A stretch of 64,000 nt of DNA from Auanema rhodensis (GCA_964057225.1 OZ059900.1:12648001-12712000), one strand, 5' to 3'; numbered from the stretch's first letter, positions 24,801-38,339 are shown. Program-made: numbers and translations. Notes: generated by a model not told the origin, from the letters alone.

Positions 24801-27800
24801 TTAGGTCTGTTGCTTTGTAGTTCTTTTCTGCGCTGCTCCAAATACTGAGAGACTGTAAGACGTTTGACGATCTTAAAATTCGAAAAACAGTTGGTAAAAA
24901 AATAACAATTTACTTTCTCTTTTTCTTGAGCTTTTTTATATAAAGAGTCAAAGAGCGATGCAGGTTGAGGAATTGTTGACCGTTGTTTGTTGAGTATCTG
25001 CTTATGTTTATTATACTTTAAGTAAGCTTCCCTCCTTGTTTTATGATTGAACCAGGAATCAGTGGTCTTTCGAGAATTCTAAAAAATGTAAATAAATAAA
25101 AAATGATATCAGTTAACTGATTGAAACCATTTCGTGTTTTTTAATCCGAAGAGAAAACAATCGACAAATGTCTTGAGCAGATGAAAGCTCCCTTTCCTTT
25201 TTCAGATTTTCCTCGCGTTCAAGAACTTTGTCCATCCATTCGTCAGTGGTTATGGGCGCTGAGATTATCTTTGGTCCAGAATTCTATCAATAACAAAAAA
25301 TACTATTTATGGAAGATTTAAATCTTACTTCTCTTTTCTTTCGAATATTTTCTAAAGTTTCACCGCAAAATATTCTAGAACGATTACGAAAGAAACGCGA
25401 TCTAACTTTTTTTTCATGTTTATGGATCAATTTTATTGCTTTTCGTTGCAGTCTCCTCATATCCATCAGCTCATCAGTGGTGAGCAAGCGGCCTTCATAC
25501 TGAAAAAAAAATTAAAACTGAATTTAAAAAGAAAAAAACCTTTCGAACTATTGAACTCAAATATTTTCTATGTAAAATTCTTCTTTTAAGTCGAAATGTA
25601 CGTGATGGTAAATAGCGACGAGGCTAAAATAAAATTAGTAACAACATGATTCTATTAGCTTACATAGTTGTACACATTTTCCGCTATATACAAATGTAGC
25701 GCAATCATACGTATTTTTTTAGCGAATAAAATTGCTGCAATCATGACTTCATCAGCCGGTTCTTGAATTTTTTCATGTGAACCCTGAAATGCTCATTAAT
25801 AGTGAAACTAAAATGTTTAGTAGTAGCACCTTTGATGCACCTCCACTTTGTTTATCATTGCTCAAACTTTTTTCATTCAACTTATTAATACGTTCAGTCT
25901 CAAGCCTCACCCAATTCACATCATATAATTTTCGTTTGATCTAAATAATTCATGGGCTAAGTTCATAAAATTTGTAAACTAACATGACAAATCAGGGAAG
26001 CTTTTTCATTATCTGATAGTTCAGATTTCCATATGCTCGTGATTCTTTTAGCAATCGATAGAATTGCCGGTTGCTCATAATTTAACTGTCGATTCATCCA
26101 AACGGCACGTGAAATACGTGGGCGTTTTCTTTTCTCTTTTTTGTTATGACGATTAATATGAGTTTTTTTGACCACAGACTTCTTTTTTCCTTTAGTACAT
26201 TCATAGTCAACATTATCAGGATTCAGCATTTTCTTAAAATTCTTTTCTTTCTTAATTTTATCTGAAACAAATTTTTTTTTTGAATTGAGATTTTTTCTCA
26301 AACCAGTAATGTTAGTGATTTTCATCTGACGTTTTTCACTTTTAACTGTTCGTTTTCGAATCCTTTCTTTGTGCTTGACTTTCGATATTTCATTGCTAGA
26401 CCGTTTGCGGTGAGACCTGTGAAGCTTTCTCAGCGTTTCGGTAGAACTTCTATTCGAGGTATTCATCTGTTAAATAAATGAAATAATCGCTTTCATTCAA
26501 GAAACCTACTTTGCTTTTCTTTTGTTTACGATATTTTTCGCCAAGTTCGCTATATTTTTCATATTTTTGTACAGCAATAGTTCGGTTTATGGGATACTCG
26601 GAAAGCTTTTGAGCTAACGAACAAATTTTTGAAGTAAACGAATCACGTCGTTTTTCAATAATTTGTCGTTCTTGTAAATCAGCTTGTTGATCTGTCGTTA
26701 ATCGTTGATGGAAAATCAAATGCTGCAAACCAAACTTAAAGATAAATATTACATGTTAACGATTCACGTTTTCTGGGGTGAGCTCGACAGAGCTTTGCAT
26801 ATCCTTCCAAGCTTCAAGAATTTTCTTGAATTCTTCTCGGGACATCTTCATTTTGATCTAAGTACCCATACAAGTATATAAATATAAATATATATATATA
26901 CTTACCACTAATTTTCTCATTGATTCTTTATTTTCTTTTCCTTCAGACATTAAAGAAACTTCAGTATTGGGGAATTGTTTTCGCATATATTTATAGCGTA
27001 ACACAAGCCACTCAACAGCTGGAACTGTGCGTTCAATCTAGAACAAAAGTCATATGCTCAATTTTCTTATTTCTTCAACTTACTTTGAAACATTTGGGAG
27101 CTGATATTTTTTTTTCTTCTGGTTCTTCAAAGATTATGGACTTTTTTGATTTTTCCCCACAAAAACCTCTCGCATATTTCAATTTCTTAGAATTTATTCC
27201 AATTTTGATCTAAAACGTTTCCGAAATAATTTAGATATTCAAAAAAAAATACCCTAATGAGTTGTTTTTTTGGTCGATATCGTCTATCCTTAACTTTATC
27301 TTTTTTAAACACACGGCATATCTAGGAGAGAAAAGTATAAATATATATAACATTCGAACTCTCTTACGTATATTTTTTTTCTTGACAATTGCTTATTGTG
27401 TATATTAACTTGAAATGGGAGATAGTATTTCCAAGATATATGTCCAGCGGAATCTCCATTCTCAATCGCGGGAAGAAGCTGAAAATGAGAAGTGTAAAAA
27501 AGTTTTAAAAGTCAATAATACTTTAATAACTCTGTGTCCTTGGAGTTCAAGACGTTTACGTTCATCAATAGGTCGATAATTCATTTGTCTCCGTTTCCGT
27601 TCAAACCACTTTTTAATTGGTATACCTCCGGCAAGCTACAAACTTCAATATAATATGAAGATAAAGTGATTCCTCACCTGTATAATTCCATGATTGATTC
27701 TACATTTCATCGCTTTTGCATCTGAGTTCTTTTTCAGAATAGAAACAGCTTCTTCTGTCCTGTCTAAAATATATTTTTCAATTATTTTATGAACATTAAA

Positions 27801-30800
27801 AACAAACGTTTCGAGAAAGTACGAGAAGCTAGAGTTTTGATAGAACTATCTGGATTCAAATCTGCTTTTTTGCCGCAGTTTCCCATTTTAGCATTTGTTG
27901 TAAATGATTTAATGTTTGAAATGCACCTAATTTGTTTTAAACGTTCACGTTGCGAACCGAGCGTACCACGTAAAAATTGCTGTAAATAAGAAGTATAGTA
28001 ACTTATAAATGTAAAAAATTTCATACTTTTTTCACTTTCCAATTAAAGTGAGAAGCAATTGTTGAAAAACTACGATATTCTTCCACCCGCTGAAAAGACA
28101 ATCGTGGAAAAGAAGCAGATCGCCCTGATGAAAGTGATTTCACTTTAATTGGGACTGATGCAGATCTACAGTAGGGTTCCGGTAAATTCGCTATTATGGT
28201 CCGACTATCGTTTTGAGAACGTCTTCGGCTGCGTGATTTTCTAGGATTTTGGTAAAATGCCTGAAATTCTTGAAATATGTGCATTTTTCAAATATAAATA
28301 CCTGAAGAAACTCAATATTGTTGAACAAATATGATTCGCGGCCTACTGGCGTAAGAGCGAAACACGAAGATATTTTTTTTTGTGAAATGGGAGTATTTTT
28401 GAAAGCACGAAAACTTTTCAAATTTGGTTGGCCTGAGCTTTTTCTTATTTTGCACGTTGGTGGTGCAGTTTGGAATTTCTCTCTTATTCTTGCCTCGTTA
28501 AACAAAATTTGTTTATTTGCGGTTCTTGAAGATTCTGAATTTTTCCAAAACTGTTCTTTTGAGGATTTTGCTCTTTTTAGTGTTTTCTGACTCTCCTCGT
28601 CAAGACATAAAAGTTTCGAAGTAGACGCAGTAGAATGCGGCAGAGTGCCTCGATTACACTTTTCATTTCCGACATGTGAGATTGTCGATTTCGATGTAGA
28701 ACTCTGGTTCTGATAACCAATATTTTTGCAAGGGTCATTTAGATGACGACCTCGAAGATTGTCGAAAGCAGCTTTCCGATTCTGAAATACCATTATGTAA
28801 ATTATCTTAACCAAATACTTACTTCTCTTTGTTTCGTTGATGTCTTCTTCGACTCTGCATTAGAGTAAAACGAACATTGGCATTTTGTACATTTAAAAAT
28901 CCGAACTGCGCTAATATTCTCTCTGGGTGTTTGAGTTGGGCATGTTTTTGAATAAGTTATATTTAAATCAGCGCTGGTAGAACGCAAACTGATTGGATGC
29001 TTTGTTGTTTCTGTTAGTTGAGCACTAACAGATCGTATCTCTTTATCCTTTGGACTCTGGAATAATGGAATGCTACCGAATAGAATAATTAAAAACCTGT
29101 TTAAAACGAGCAGGAAGTTCAGGTATCTTGAAAACTGAATCATCGTTTGCTTTCTCATCACATCTTTTTGACAATAATTTGAGATCAGAAGCTTGAGAGA
29201 TTGGCAGAGATTCTTTATTAGTTGAAGTAGATATAGTAGGAGGCTGCTTAGCGTTCGAAACACAAGGTGAATAAGCCGTTGACTTATACTTCTTAATTAC
29301 TGAAATTGTGATTAAATACGAATGTAATATACACCAAAAATTATTACTACTATACGGCTTGAAACATGACAAACCTTGCATTGCACCTTTTTCTATCTTA
29401 AAGCAACAGGAAGACATTTTTTTCTGCTTTTTATATCTTCGGAGAATGATTCTGAAAATAAAACCATTAATTGTAGATGACTTTTTATTTTGAGGAAAAA
29501 CGTACCTTTGATTCCTTAATTTATTTACTGCCAAACCTAAACGACGTGAAGTCTTCATGATGTGGCATAAACTCCATGGAGTTAATAACCGTTTATGATG
29601 TTTAATACAAAATGATTTACGACGAAGACGCTCTAACTTCAAATTATTATTATAGCAAGCTCCATTTCTCCACCGGTGAACCATGAGCTTTTTTACATGA
29701 TTAGAGCCAATATATACACTAGGTTTTTTCGATTTCGAAACAGTATATTTACCAGTTTTCTCTTTACTGGTTAGACGCACGACATCTTCCTTTTTGTGCT
29801 TTTTCTCCTTCTAAAAAGAAATTAAATAATTCACGACAGATGATACTCACTGGATTATTCTTTCCACGGCGGCTGTACCGGACCAAACCCTGAAAAAATT
29901 TGTATTCTACATTTATACTCAAAACCCTTACTGATGTTGGAGATTTGAAGCGTACTCGTTTATATTTTGAAATCTGTAAAATTCTCATTATTATTAAAAT
30001 ATTATATTTAAAACCCAAACCAGAAATAAGCGAACTGCTTTTTTCTTTTTTCGCGCTATGGAATTTGTTGAAGCTTTATCTGTGCACTTATTACAAGCCT
30101 GTTTGTTATCTGATTCCGATACATTTAATTTCTTGGAAGTTCTCTGAAAATATATTGATATCGGAAGTATTATAAACTTTTCAGGTTATGCTGAACTTTA
30201 GAAAGAGCGAAATAATAATAACTCTGAAAGAAATTTTACGCTAAACAGATGAGTACAGCAATTTTGGTAGTAATATTGTATTTGTTAATGTTCACAACAG
30301 AGAATTGAAGAATAAAAGCTATGAAATACCTTATTGTTTGTCTCACTAGCTACTTTGCTCATTTCCTTTCTTTCCGTATTTTCATTCAATTTCGCTTTAG
30401 CAACAACCTTCGCTTGTAGATCATTTCTTACTTTTTTTTCTATTATATTTACAGGAAGCCATAATGACTGAAAAAACGAATGTAACTTTAAATTCAACAT
30501 TAAACTTACCAGTCTTCTACATGCTGAAGCTAACATATGTGCTTTTTTATGAAAAATTGTAACCCCTATGGCAGAAACATGATTAGTTTCAACTTGAGAA
30601 ACGTGTGCTCCTTTAAGAACATTATGAATATGACATAACGATACAAACGAAAACCTGACTCAGAGTTCCAGCAATGTAGAGTAGAATCCGAAGAACCACA
30701 CCACACAAACTTGGAATCTGGTGAAAAACATCCAGTCAACTTGTAATGCTATAATTTTGAACAATATCAACCGATATTAACAAAAATCAGACTAACGCGA

Positions 30801-31920
30801 TCATTTTTATGTCCTTCTAATATACCTTTGACTTTACCATTATACGAGTCGATTACTCTACATAATAGAAAATAATTAATTTCTACAACATTAAATTGTA
30901 CCTCATATAGCTACCATTTGTATTTATCAAAATGAACTTGCCATTCGGTGATACTTGAATATTGGTCCAATCCGCGCGATTATCTCGCTCGTGTTTGAAA
31001 GATAGGAAGGGACCCTAAAATAAAAGCTTAGACACACTCTTAAGATTTCAACCAACATCTTCGATTTTTCGTACATCATAGAGCTTGATGGCATCTCTAT
31101 TGATAGCTGTTGCAATAATATTACCAACAGAATCAAATGTAGCAATGGAATTAGCTTTAGTTCTCAATACACCCTATACAAATAATTTATAAAAATTGTA
31201 GTATTTTGTTTTTTCACAAACCCAAGCTTTTGGTGACCTGTAATCCCACAAACGCACTGTTTGATCCAAAGAAGAAGTTAAAAAACCTTGATATAAAGCA
31301 TTTTTAGCCAGTGATGTCACTCTATAAAAACTTTTATATAAAAAACAAAAAATCGATTACTGAATAAACAAAATAAATCAATAACTAAATGAAAAATTTT
31401 TCAACCTTTTGCTATGTCCTTTGTAATAACGTATATAACTGTTTTTGTGTAAATCCAAGTAGCGCAAAGCATCTGATAAAATAAAACTTTTTGGAATAAT
31501 ATTATATGAAACATACCATCAACCTTTGTGGAGTTATGAACAGCAAAGTTTTTGTCTTCGGCAAAACGAATTATGTCGACTCCGTACTTTTTGCTATGCA
31601 GATTCTGTATAAAAAAATAGAAACAAAATATTTGCGTTCAAATTAACCACATATTCCTCTGACTCTTTAACAGCATTCAGGTTGTAAACAGTTACACTTT
31701 CATGGTCGTTAGCAGACAATATATAATTGCCGTCTGGACTTATATCCAAGGATTTTATTATACGAGGTCTCTCAACTTCATAAGATTTTATACATACAAG
31801 ATTTCCTAGCTCTTTAGGATCGATCCTGACCTAAGTATTTAATTGATTGCATACGAAGATAATAACATTCAAACAAACCTTGTCAGGCTGCAAAGTTTTA
31901 CTTAAAGCATTCGTTGACAT
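18856..31920 (-). CDS. Giant (~3,500 aa) protein: N-terminal WDR82/Swd2-like WD40 propeller fused to a very long K/R/S-rich low-complexity extension
   Basis: Exons 31920-30450 encode LHSKKYGVDIIRF, DALRYLDLHKNSYIRYYKGHSKRV, TSSLDQTVRLWDYR, IKLYDVRKIEDGPF, FSPDSKFVWCGSSDSTLHCWNSESG and MLASACRRLSLWLP, colinear with WDR82/Swd2. I followed one reading frame through ~51 GT-AG introns to TAA at 18856. It links the ORF-track fragments at 29073, 28802, 28194, 28021, 27782, 26450, 25963, 25287, 24629, 24034, 22662, 22085, 21702, 20494 and 19637. Confidence 0.75.
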
Positions 31921-31964
31921 TACCACTTATTCGTTAATAACATATTCGGGAAATCCAAAAAGTA

Positions 31965-31969
<5 letters not shown>

Positions 31970-31996
<27 letters not shown>
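31970..31996. repeat. (TA)n microsatellite
   Basis: Uninterrupted TA run upstream of the WDR82-like ATG. Confidence 0.9.
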
Positions 31997-32344
31997 GATA
32001 AGATTACGATAAAAACCGAAAAATGATCAGGCAAAAATTATAGAAAGTAAAAATATCAAAGAGAAATATGTAAAAAAAAGTAAATAAAAACTTTATTGAT
32101 ATTTTACTTTCAAATGCATAAAATTGGAACTTCTAAATCAATAAAATTTCATATATAGGTGACACATGAAACAATGTGAAATTAATTGAAATCAATAGGA
32201 TATAAAAAATAATGAAGCGTTTTCACCTTTAAAGTATTACTGATAGTACAAGAAAGTATTCGAAGGAACACCAAAAATGGCGTGGGCGCTAAAATGTTAC
32301 GCGACGCGGATGAAAGTAATGCAACGCAGGCCACAACGCTTGTG

Positions 32345-32360
32345 CATTGGAGCGCGCTTG
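32345..32360. promoter_or_regulatory. CATTGGAGCGCGCTTG motif in a CG-rich patch ~430 bp upstream of the WDR82-like gene
   Basis: Resembles the CAaTGGAGCGCG(C/T)TTG germline-promoter motif described for C. elegans (from memory). A related GCGCTCCATTG lies at 60325. Confidence 0.4.
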
Positions 32361-33347
32361 TTATTGTGCCTTTCAGATAATTTTGAATTTACACTGAATG
32401 TTTTCAAAAAAATGTAAATGGGAAAACTTCTGATGTAGACGTGATTCATGTTGAATCTCAGACGCTCATCATGTAATTATGTCAAATCACTAACATGTTA
32501 GCTGATTTTGAGAGGTGAAGTGCTAGTGAATAAAACAATAGAGTGGGCACACATTTTCACAACACTTTCATATCAAAAAAATGTTAAAATAGAAAAGTTA
32601 AAATTCTGATTCCTATTTGAAAATTAGTTTGCATGGGTAATAAAATTATTCTTAATAGTGTAAACAATACCCAAAATATAGTTACAAAAACGAAATAATT
32701 TATTGACAAAGGAAAGTGATATATGCACACGGTTAACTAACTAAGTTTTGAAAAGCAGAAAATTATTAGAATTGTGAAATACAAAAAAAATCATATTGTA
32801 CTAAAGTTTTCAGATTTGCTTAAAAATTAGATTAATTTAATGTTTCAATTTTCCATTCAGAAAGTTCACTGTAAACTGATAAAAACTAAACTAAAGAAAG
32901 GATCATTATTGTTTAATTTTTTTCCAAATCCCAAACTTTTTCAAACCTTACCAGTTACCCAAAACAGAAAATAGAAAGAGCTATAACTTAATCCTATTTT
33001 AAAGTTTATCTAAAAAAAATTAAAGTACAACACTTTCCTGGTTATTTTTTATACTTTTCACTATTGAAACAATTTTCTGTTTTTTGTAAAGCATTCGAAT
33101 CGTATATGATTGTTTGCAGAATTATAATGAATTAAAACAAACGGTGAATATATTTTGTTATTTATTGGAAACTGAGCGAATGAAAATTATTATTGTATAA
33201 CAATTACAAATGAATACTGGTGTTAAATAAGTTTAAAATGAATTCCTATAGATCACGTTTGTCACAAAAGTTGCCTTCAAAATAGTTTAAATAATATACG
33301 GCAACAATTTAGTATTAAAGGGAATTGTTTTTAAGTTTGTATTATGA

Positions 33348-34903
33348 TTAGTTTTCATTTTGCTTCGTCTGTTCTTCTCGCGAAAATATGATTCTTTCTT
33401 GTTCAGGAAACTTATACAGAGTTGATATTTCAATTTCAGTATTCATTTCTTCTTTTCGGATCCAGCGGCGGTATAAACGACTAAAAATATAATTAAATGA
33501 AGTCAATTGTTATTCTGGTTGGAATACCTGAACACGCAGTTGCGAAATATTTTAAGAAACTCAGCGCGTATGTTATGATTGAAGTAAGCATAGCTTACTG
33601 GATTTAAACAGGCAGAAAACATTGCAATAACGTGACAACATGCAAAAACTGAGACGTAAAACTGAGGGACAAGTTCATACGTATTAACCTGTAAATATCG
33701 ATATAATTACAAAAAAAGTTTGAAAACTTTACTAAATGAAAAACATTCAGTGGCAGCCAAGCAATGGCAAAAATTCCTACAATTGACATCAAAAGAAAAT
33801 GTGTACGTCTTTGACGTTCAGCAATTGATCTAAATAAATAAGTTATTATGCGTCAATTTTGACATATTGTATTTTACCTTCGTCTTTCCGATAATGAACT
33901 CAGAACGGATCGATTGGAAAAAGTAGAAAAATCTCGATTAGTACTCCTGAGTTTCATTTTATTGGCTATTCGAGTATATGCAAAAACTAAAGACATAAGC
34001 GGGAAAGCATATTGTACGGCAAGAACAGAAACAGTATAAGTTCGTTTTGAAATAATCATCTGAATAGAAACTTTAGTTTTGAAGATTAATATTGTATTAT
34101 ACTTTTTCCCAAATTGAATTCTGTTCATGACAGATTTGTAAAACAATTTTGCATATGGGATCTTCGTATAGAATGTTAACATCAGAGGCAATTAACAAAG
34201 GTACTGCCAAGATTAGTGATATAACCCATATCAAAAAGAAAAAAACTATAGAAAGTCGTTGTTGACGTTCTCTTTTTGTGGGAAAAATGATAAGAACATA
34301 TCTGAAAACGTTTTCAATGTTACAAAATCAGAGCAAATATATATTTACCTGTCCAGGGCTATAGCTGTAATAGAAAACGTAGAGAGAAAGACGTTAAAAC
34401 CTTGCATAGATCCCACAATCTTACACAAAGTTGTGCCAAAAGGCCAGAACATATAACGAATAGTATACAATGTGATCGGTGCGGTTACAGTGCATACCTG
34501 AAGTCAAAATATTCAAGAGTTGCTAAACTTCAACTTTTTAATAAGTTTGTTGCAGTTCTCTGTCACGTAAACCCACAAAAAAGTCTGAAAGTGCCAGATT
34601 GAGTATGAAAAAATTCCGGGTTGTTCGCATATTTGAATTTTGTAGAACAACATAAATAGTCAACGCATTTCCCAAAGTGCCAAAAAGAATGACTGAAAAG
34701 TACGCAGCTGTTATGAAATATCCAGCCTATAATAAATTATTCATATACTGTTTCTATCTCTTTAATATAAAGAAGCTCCTGTATACCGTTGTTGGTGAAT
34801 GTTCAGTTCCATTTAGTATCACTTCATCGCGATAATAGCTGTTTATTTGATTGAATACATCTTTAAATTCACTACAAGAATCATTTCCCCACTGAGCACT
34901 CAT
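33348..34903 (-). CDS. npr-11: Neuropeptide Y/F-type GPCR, NPR-11 orthologue
   Basis: Spliced: GYFITAAYFSVILFGTLGN, MRTTRNFFILNLALSDFFVC, DRYVLIIFPTKRERQQ, ICHEQNSIWEKMIISKRTYT, NPVSYAYFNHNIR. These closely match my recollection of C. elegans NPR-11. Confidence 0.88.
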
Positions 34904-34944
34904 TTTTCAAAACTTGATATCCAACTTTTCTAAAGTTATTTACA

Positions 34945-34950
<6 letters not shown>

Positions 34951-34985
<35 letters not shown>
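34951..34985. repeat. (TA)n microsatellite
   Basis: TA run just upstream of the npr-11 ATG. Confidence 0.9.
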
Positions 34986-34987
<2 letters not shown>

Positions 34988-37652
34988 ATATATAGTTTAA
35001 AAAGGTAGTTGACAGAAAAATACTATTATCAAACTTGTACATATTTTTAAATTCACAAGATTTTTTTTAATTGAACTCTTATATAAGCTATTGGAGTAGC
35101 AATATATACATAAAATCTGTTGAATGCAACTAGATGAATACAAACAGTCTGAAGTCTGATGTTTTGGAATCATTATGACCAGCCGAGAAAAAGCTATACA
35201 CGAGAGAATAAACCATTTTCCAAAAAAAAAACAATTTTTAAAATGGTTAAAAGAAATAGAAAAAACTTAATATAATTTTAAAATTAAGAAAAAATAAATC
35301 TGAGAAGCAATAAAATACTAAATAATTGCCTTATTTCTAAAATGATAATAGTGATGTATTTTTACATATGAAAGGAAAAGAAACGATAAACTTTAACAAT
35401 AAAGAATATCTACATGAACAACTTTGATAAATGTAGTAAAAATCAAATATTTGCTATTGAAACATGTTGAAATTATCAAATTGCATGTAGTTTCTTCCAA
35501 ATGTGGTAAGATTAACTAAATTAAGTTTTTAATCAGAAAAAATAACTACGCAAAATTGAATTTCAGCTCTGCTCATACTTTTTGATTCGTTGCTGAATGT
35601 ATTTTTTCAATTAAATAAGAAACCGGCTCCTTTTAATACTTTTAATTAAAAATATCCAATATAAAACGTAATCGAGTATGATTGAAAATGATTCTTGAAA
35701 ATTTGATAGCAATAGTTCCCCCAGAAATATTGATCAGAAGATGAAAGAATAAAAAAATGCAATTTGGTATAGCCTAATAGTTCAAATCATAAATAAGAAT
35801 ATTTGGAAAAAATGAAGGTGCGTGAAGATCCATATTCATGATATCGATCATATTACTATGATAAATGTTGTGAAGTTGAACAATTTTAAATTTAAGGAAT
35901 ATAAAATATTGCGAAAATCAGTACAAATATAGAAAGAGTAAGCTTAAAAAATTTCATTAAAGAATCTTCTATGAAAATAAAAAATAAAAATAATATATTT
36001 AACATAAATGCTGATAAACGACATTGGGGAGAGGAACATGAGAAAATAGAATGATTTGGGAAAAGTTTGTTATAAATATATGAAATTGTGTGAGCGAAAT
36101 TTGCTGAGTAAATTGAGTATTTCTGGCATAGGCGTATCTAGTTTAACGAGACATAACATCTTTTAATGTCTGGAGGGGATGAAAGAGAAGTTAAAGCTAT
36201 TTTGAGCTCGATGCGTTGTATTTACAAAGCATTAAGAATTTTTCGGGTTATGCGTCTAAGCAAAAGTTAGCTCGGTAACTTGCGATAGAAGAATATAATT
36301 AAACACATTTTAAATTTTATTCATTAAAGGTATTGGCAACTACACAATATAAATGTAATACAAATATGATATTTCTCTAGTGTTAAAGACATTCTAGATA
36401 TTTTATAACTTAAAAACATTTAGTTCTTTTTTCATTATTCCAATTTCTCATCATGGAACAAAAAAAATTATAAATATAAATTGTTTTTTAACAATAGTTT
36501 TCTTCAAAATGTTCAAAAAAAAAGAAATAAGGTAGAAATAATAATATATCTTAAGTATAAAAAAATGAAAAAAGAAAGATGTTGGAAATGTCAAAAATTT
36601 ACATTGTTATGTTATTTCTATAACAGAGCAAGTGTCTGAGAATTTTTATGTTGACTTGCAAACAGAGTTAGATTAGGAATCTTCACACGTATTATGCCTG
36701 AAGCAATGAAAGCGATTAGTTTTTGCGCAAAAAATGTATCATTCGTTGATTTATCTTCACTAGCGGCTAGAAGAACATTGTAAAAAAAAAAGAAAGTGAA
36801 AAACAGGAAAGGTTGTTCATTGAAGGTTTATTGGAGTGAAGTAGTACTAGTGCAGTTCTAAAAATCAACAGCGTTGTATGGCAAATCATATCCTAGTTAT
36901 TTTATCATTGATTTTATCATTGATCACTGCATATGTGATTTTATATAGTCCAGCATAACTGTAGTAGCTGAAATTAAGACAACCTAACCAGATTGATTTC
37001 TTTTCAAATTTTGTAACGCTAGTTATTTTATTAAATAAAGAGTCGCATGGCGAAAAGATACTGCTAAGTGAATTTAGCTAAAAAAAAAGAGGAAATCACA
37101 TTTACGAAAGTATTGTGTTGACTTTCGCACGGCTACTCATCCTCATGTATCTCACTTGAAAATTTAAAAAATTCAATTCGTTTTCGTTTCATTGAAGAAA
37201 TATGATGGAGAGATTTTTTTTGCTTCCAGAAAAGATTTTACTTTAGTTACACACACAGAAGTTAAGGAAGAATGCCTTTTTATACAGCATATACAATATA
37301 AAGAAGTTTTTTTTACTGATTTTTACTACACTTATGTTAACAAGGATTACAAAGTGTTGTATTAAAGATTTATTGTTATTTCATAACTTTTAACACCAGC
37401 GTAACGGCTGACACGGTGCTCACTTCTTTAAAAAGTATTCGTTAAATACAAAAATCTCTCCAGCTCTTTTAAACGTAACATTCGCCTTGGAGACATCACT
37501 AGGCAACAAAAAATCTATTGTTTGTAGAGGTCAGCTGAGAAAAGTTTATACGCATGCTTGATGTTGTCATGCCAGCCATCTTTACGCATACGACTCTCCT
37601 CTCTGTAACGAATTTACAGCTTAGTTTTTCAGATATTTCACTATTTAAAAAA

Positions 37653-38339
37653 ATGAAACAAATAAAGTTGTTCATTATGAATTTTGCTGTGCTATGTTTT
37701 TTATTTGGTTTGTTTTGCTCAACAATTTCTATGGTGTAGAAAAATAATATTTAGAATCGGAAGCTATTAAATGTCATCAATGCAATGGTTGGCATGGTTC
37801 TTACTCTCCCAGGTTAATAAGATTTGTTAAGCTGAAAATACTGAAATTTTAAAGTTTCATATTTCTGTTTATGAAATGCATTTTCAAATTACATATTTGC
37901 ATTTTTTTTTCAGGTATTCCGAAGTGAGCACATGTGATAACAGAAATAATCAATGTGAAACACCTCAGGTAAAAAGAAAAACTCTTTTTTTTTACCTTGG
38001 GTTTTTATAACAAGTGTGCTAGCAATTTGTTCCAGTATTGCGTTAAAATCATCGATACTATGACCCCCGGAGCCGAATATGTCACATACAAAAGTGATTG
38101 CTTTTATCAAACGCAAATCCAAGTCAATCCACAAAATCTTTCATTTGTTCAAGGCCGAGCTTGTTTTCCATTTCAAGATGGTTCTACGCCTGTTAAAAGG
38201 TAAATGTAAATGAGTTGCATATCATTCACGTGTTTCTAGATGGTCTTATTGTTTCTGCAACGATCGGGATTATTGTAATACGGCCACATTTCCGTATGTG
38301 ATTTTTAACATAATATCCTTATTATTCATCCAAATTTGA
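37653..38339 (+). CDS. Small Cys-rich Ly6/LU (three-finger, quiver-like) protein, probably GPI-anchored
   Basis: Signal peptide, then IKCHQCNG...TCDNRNNQC...YCVK...SDC...RAC...YCFCNDRDYCN, followed by a hydrophobic tail. Five exons. Confidence 0.8.
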
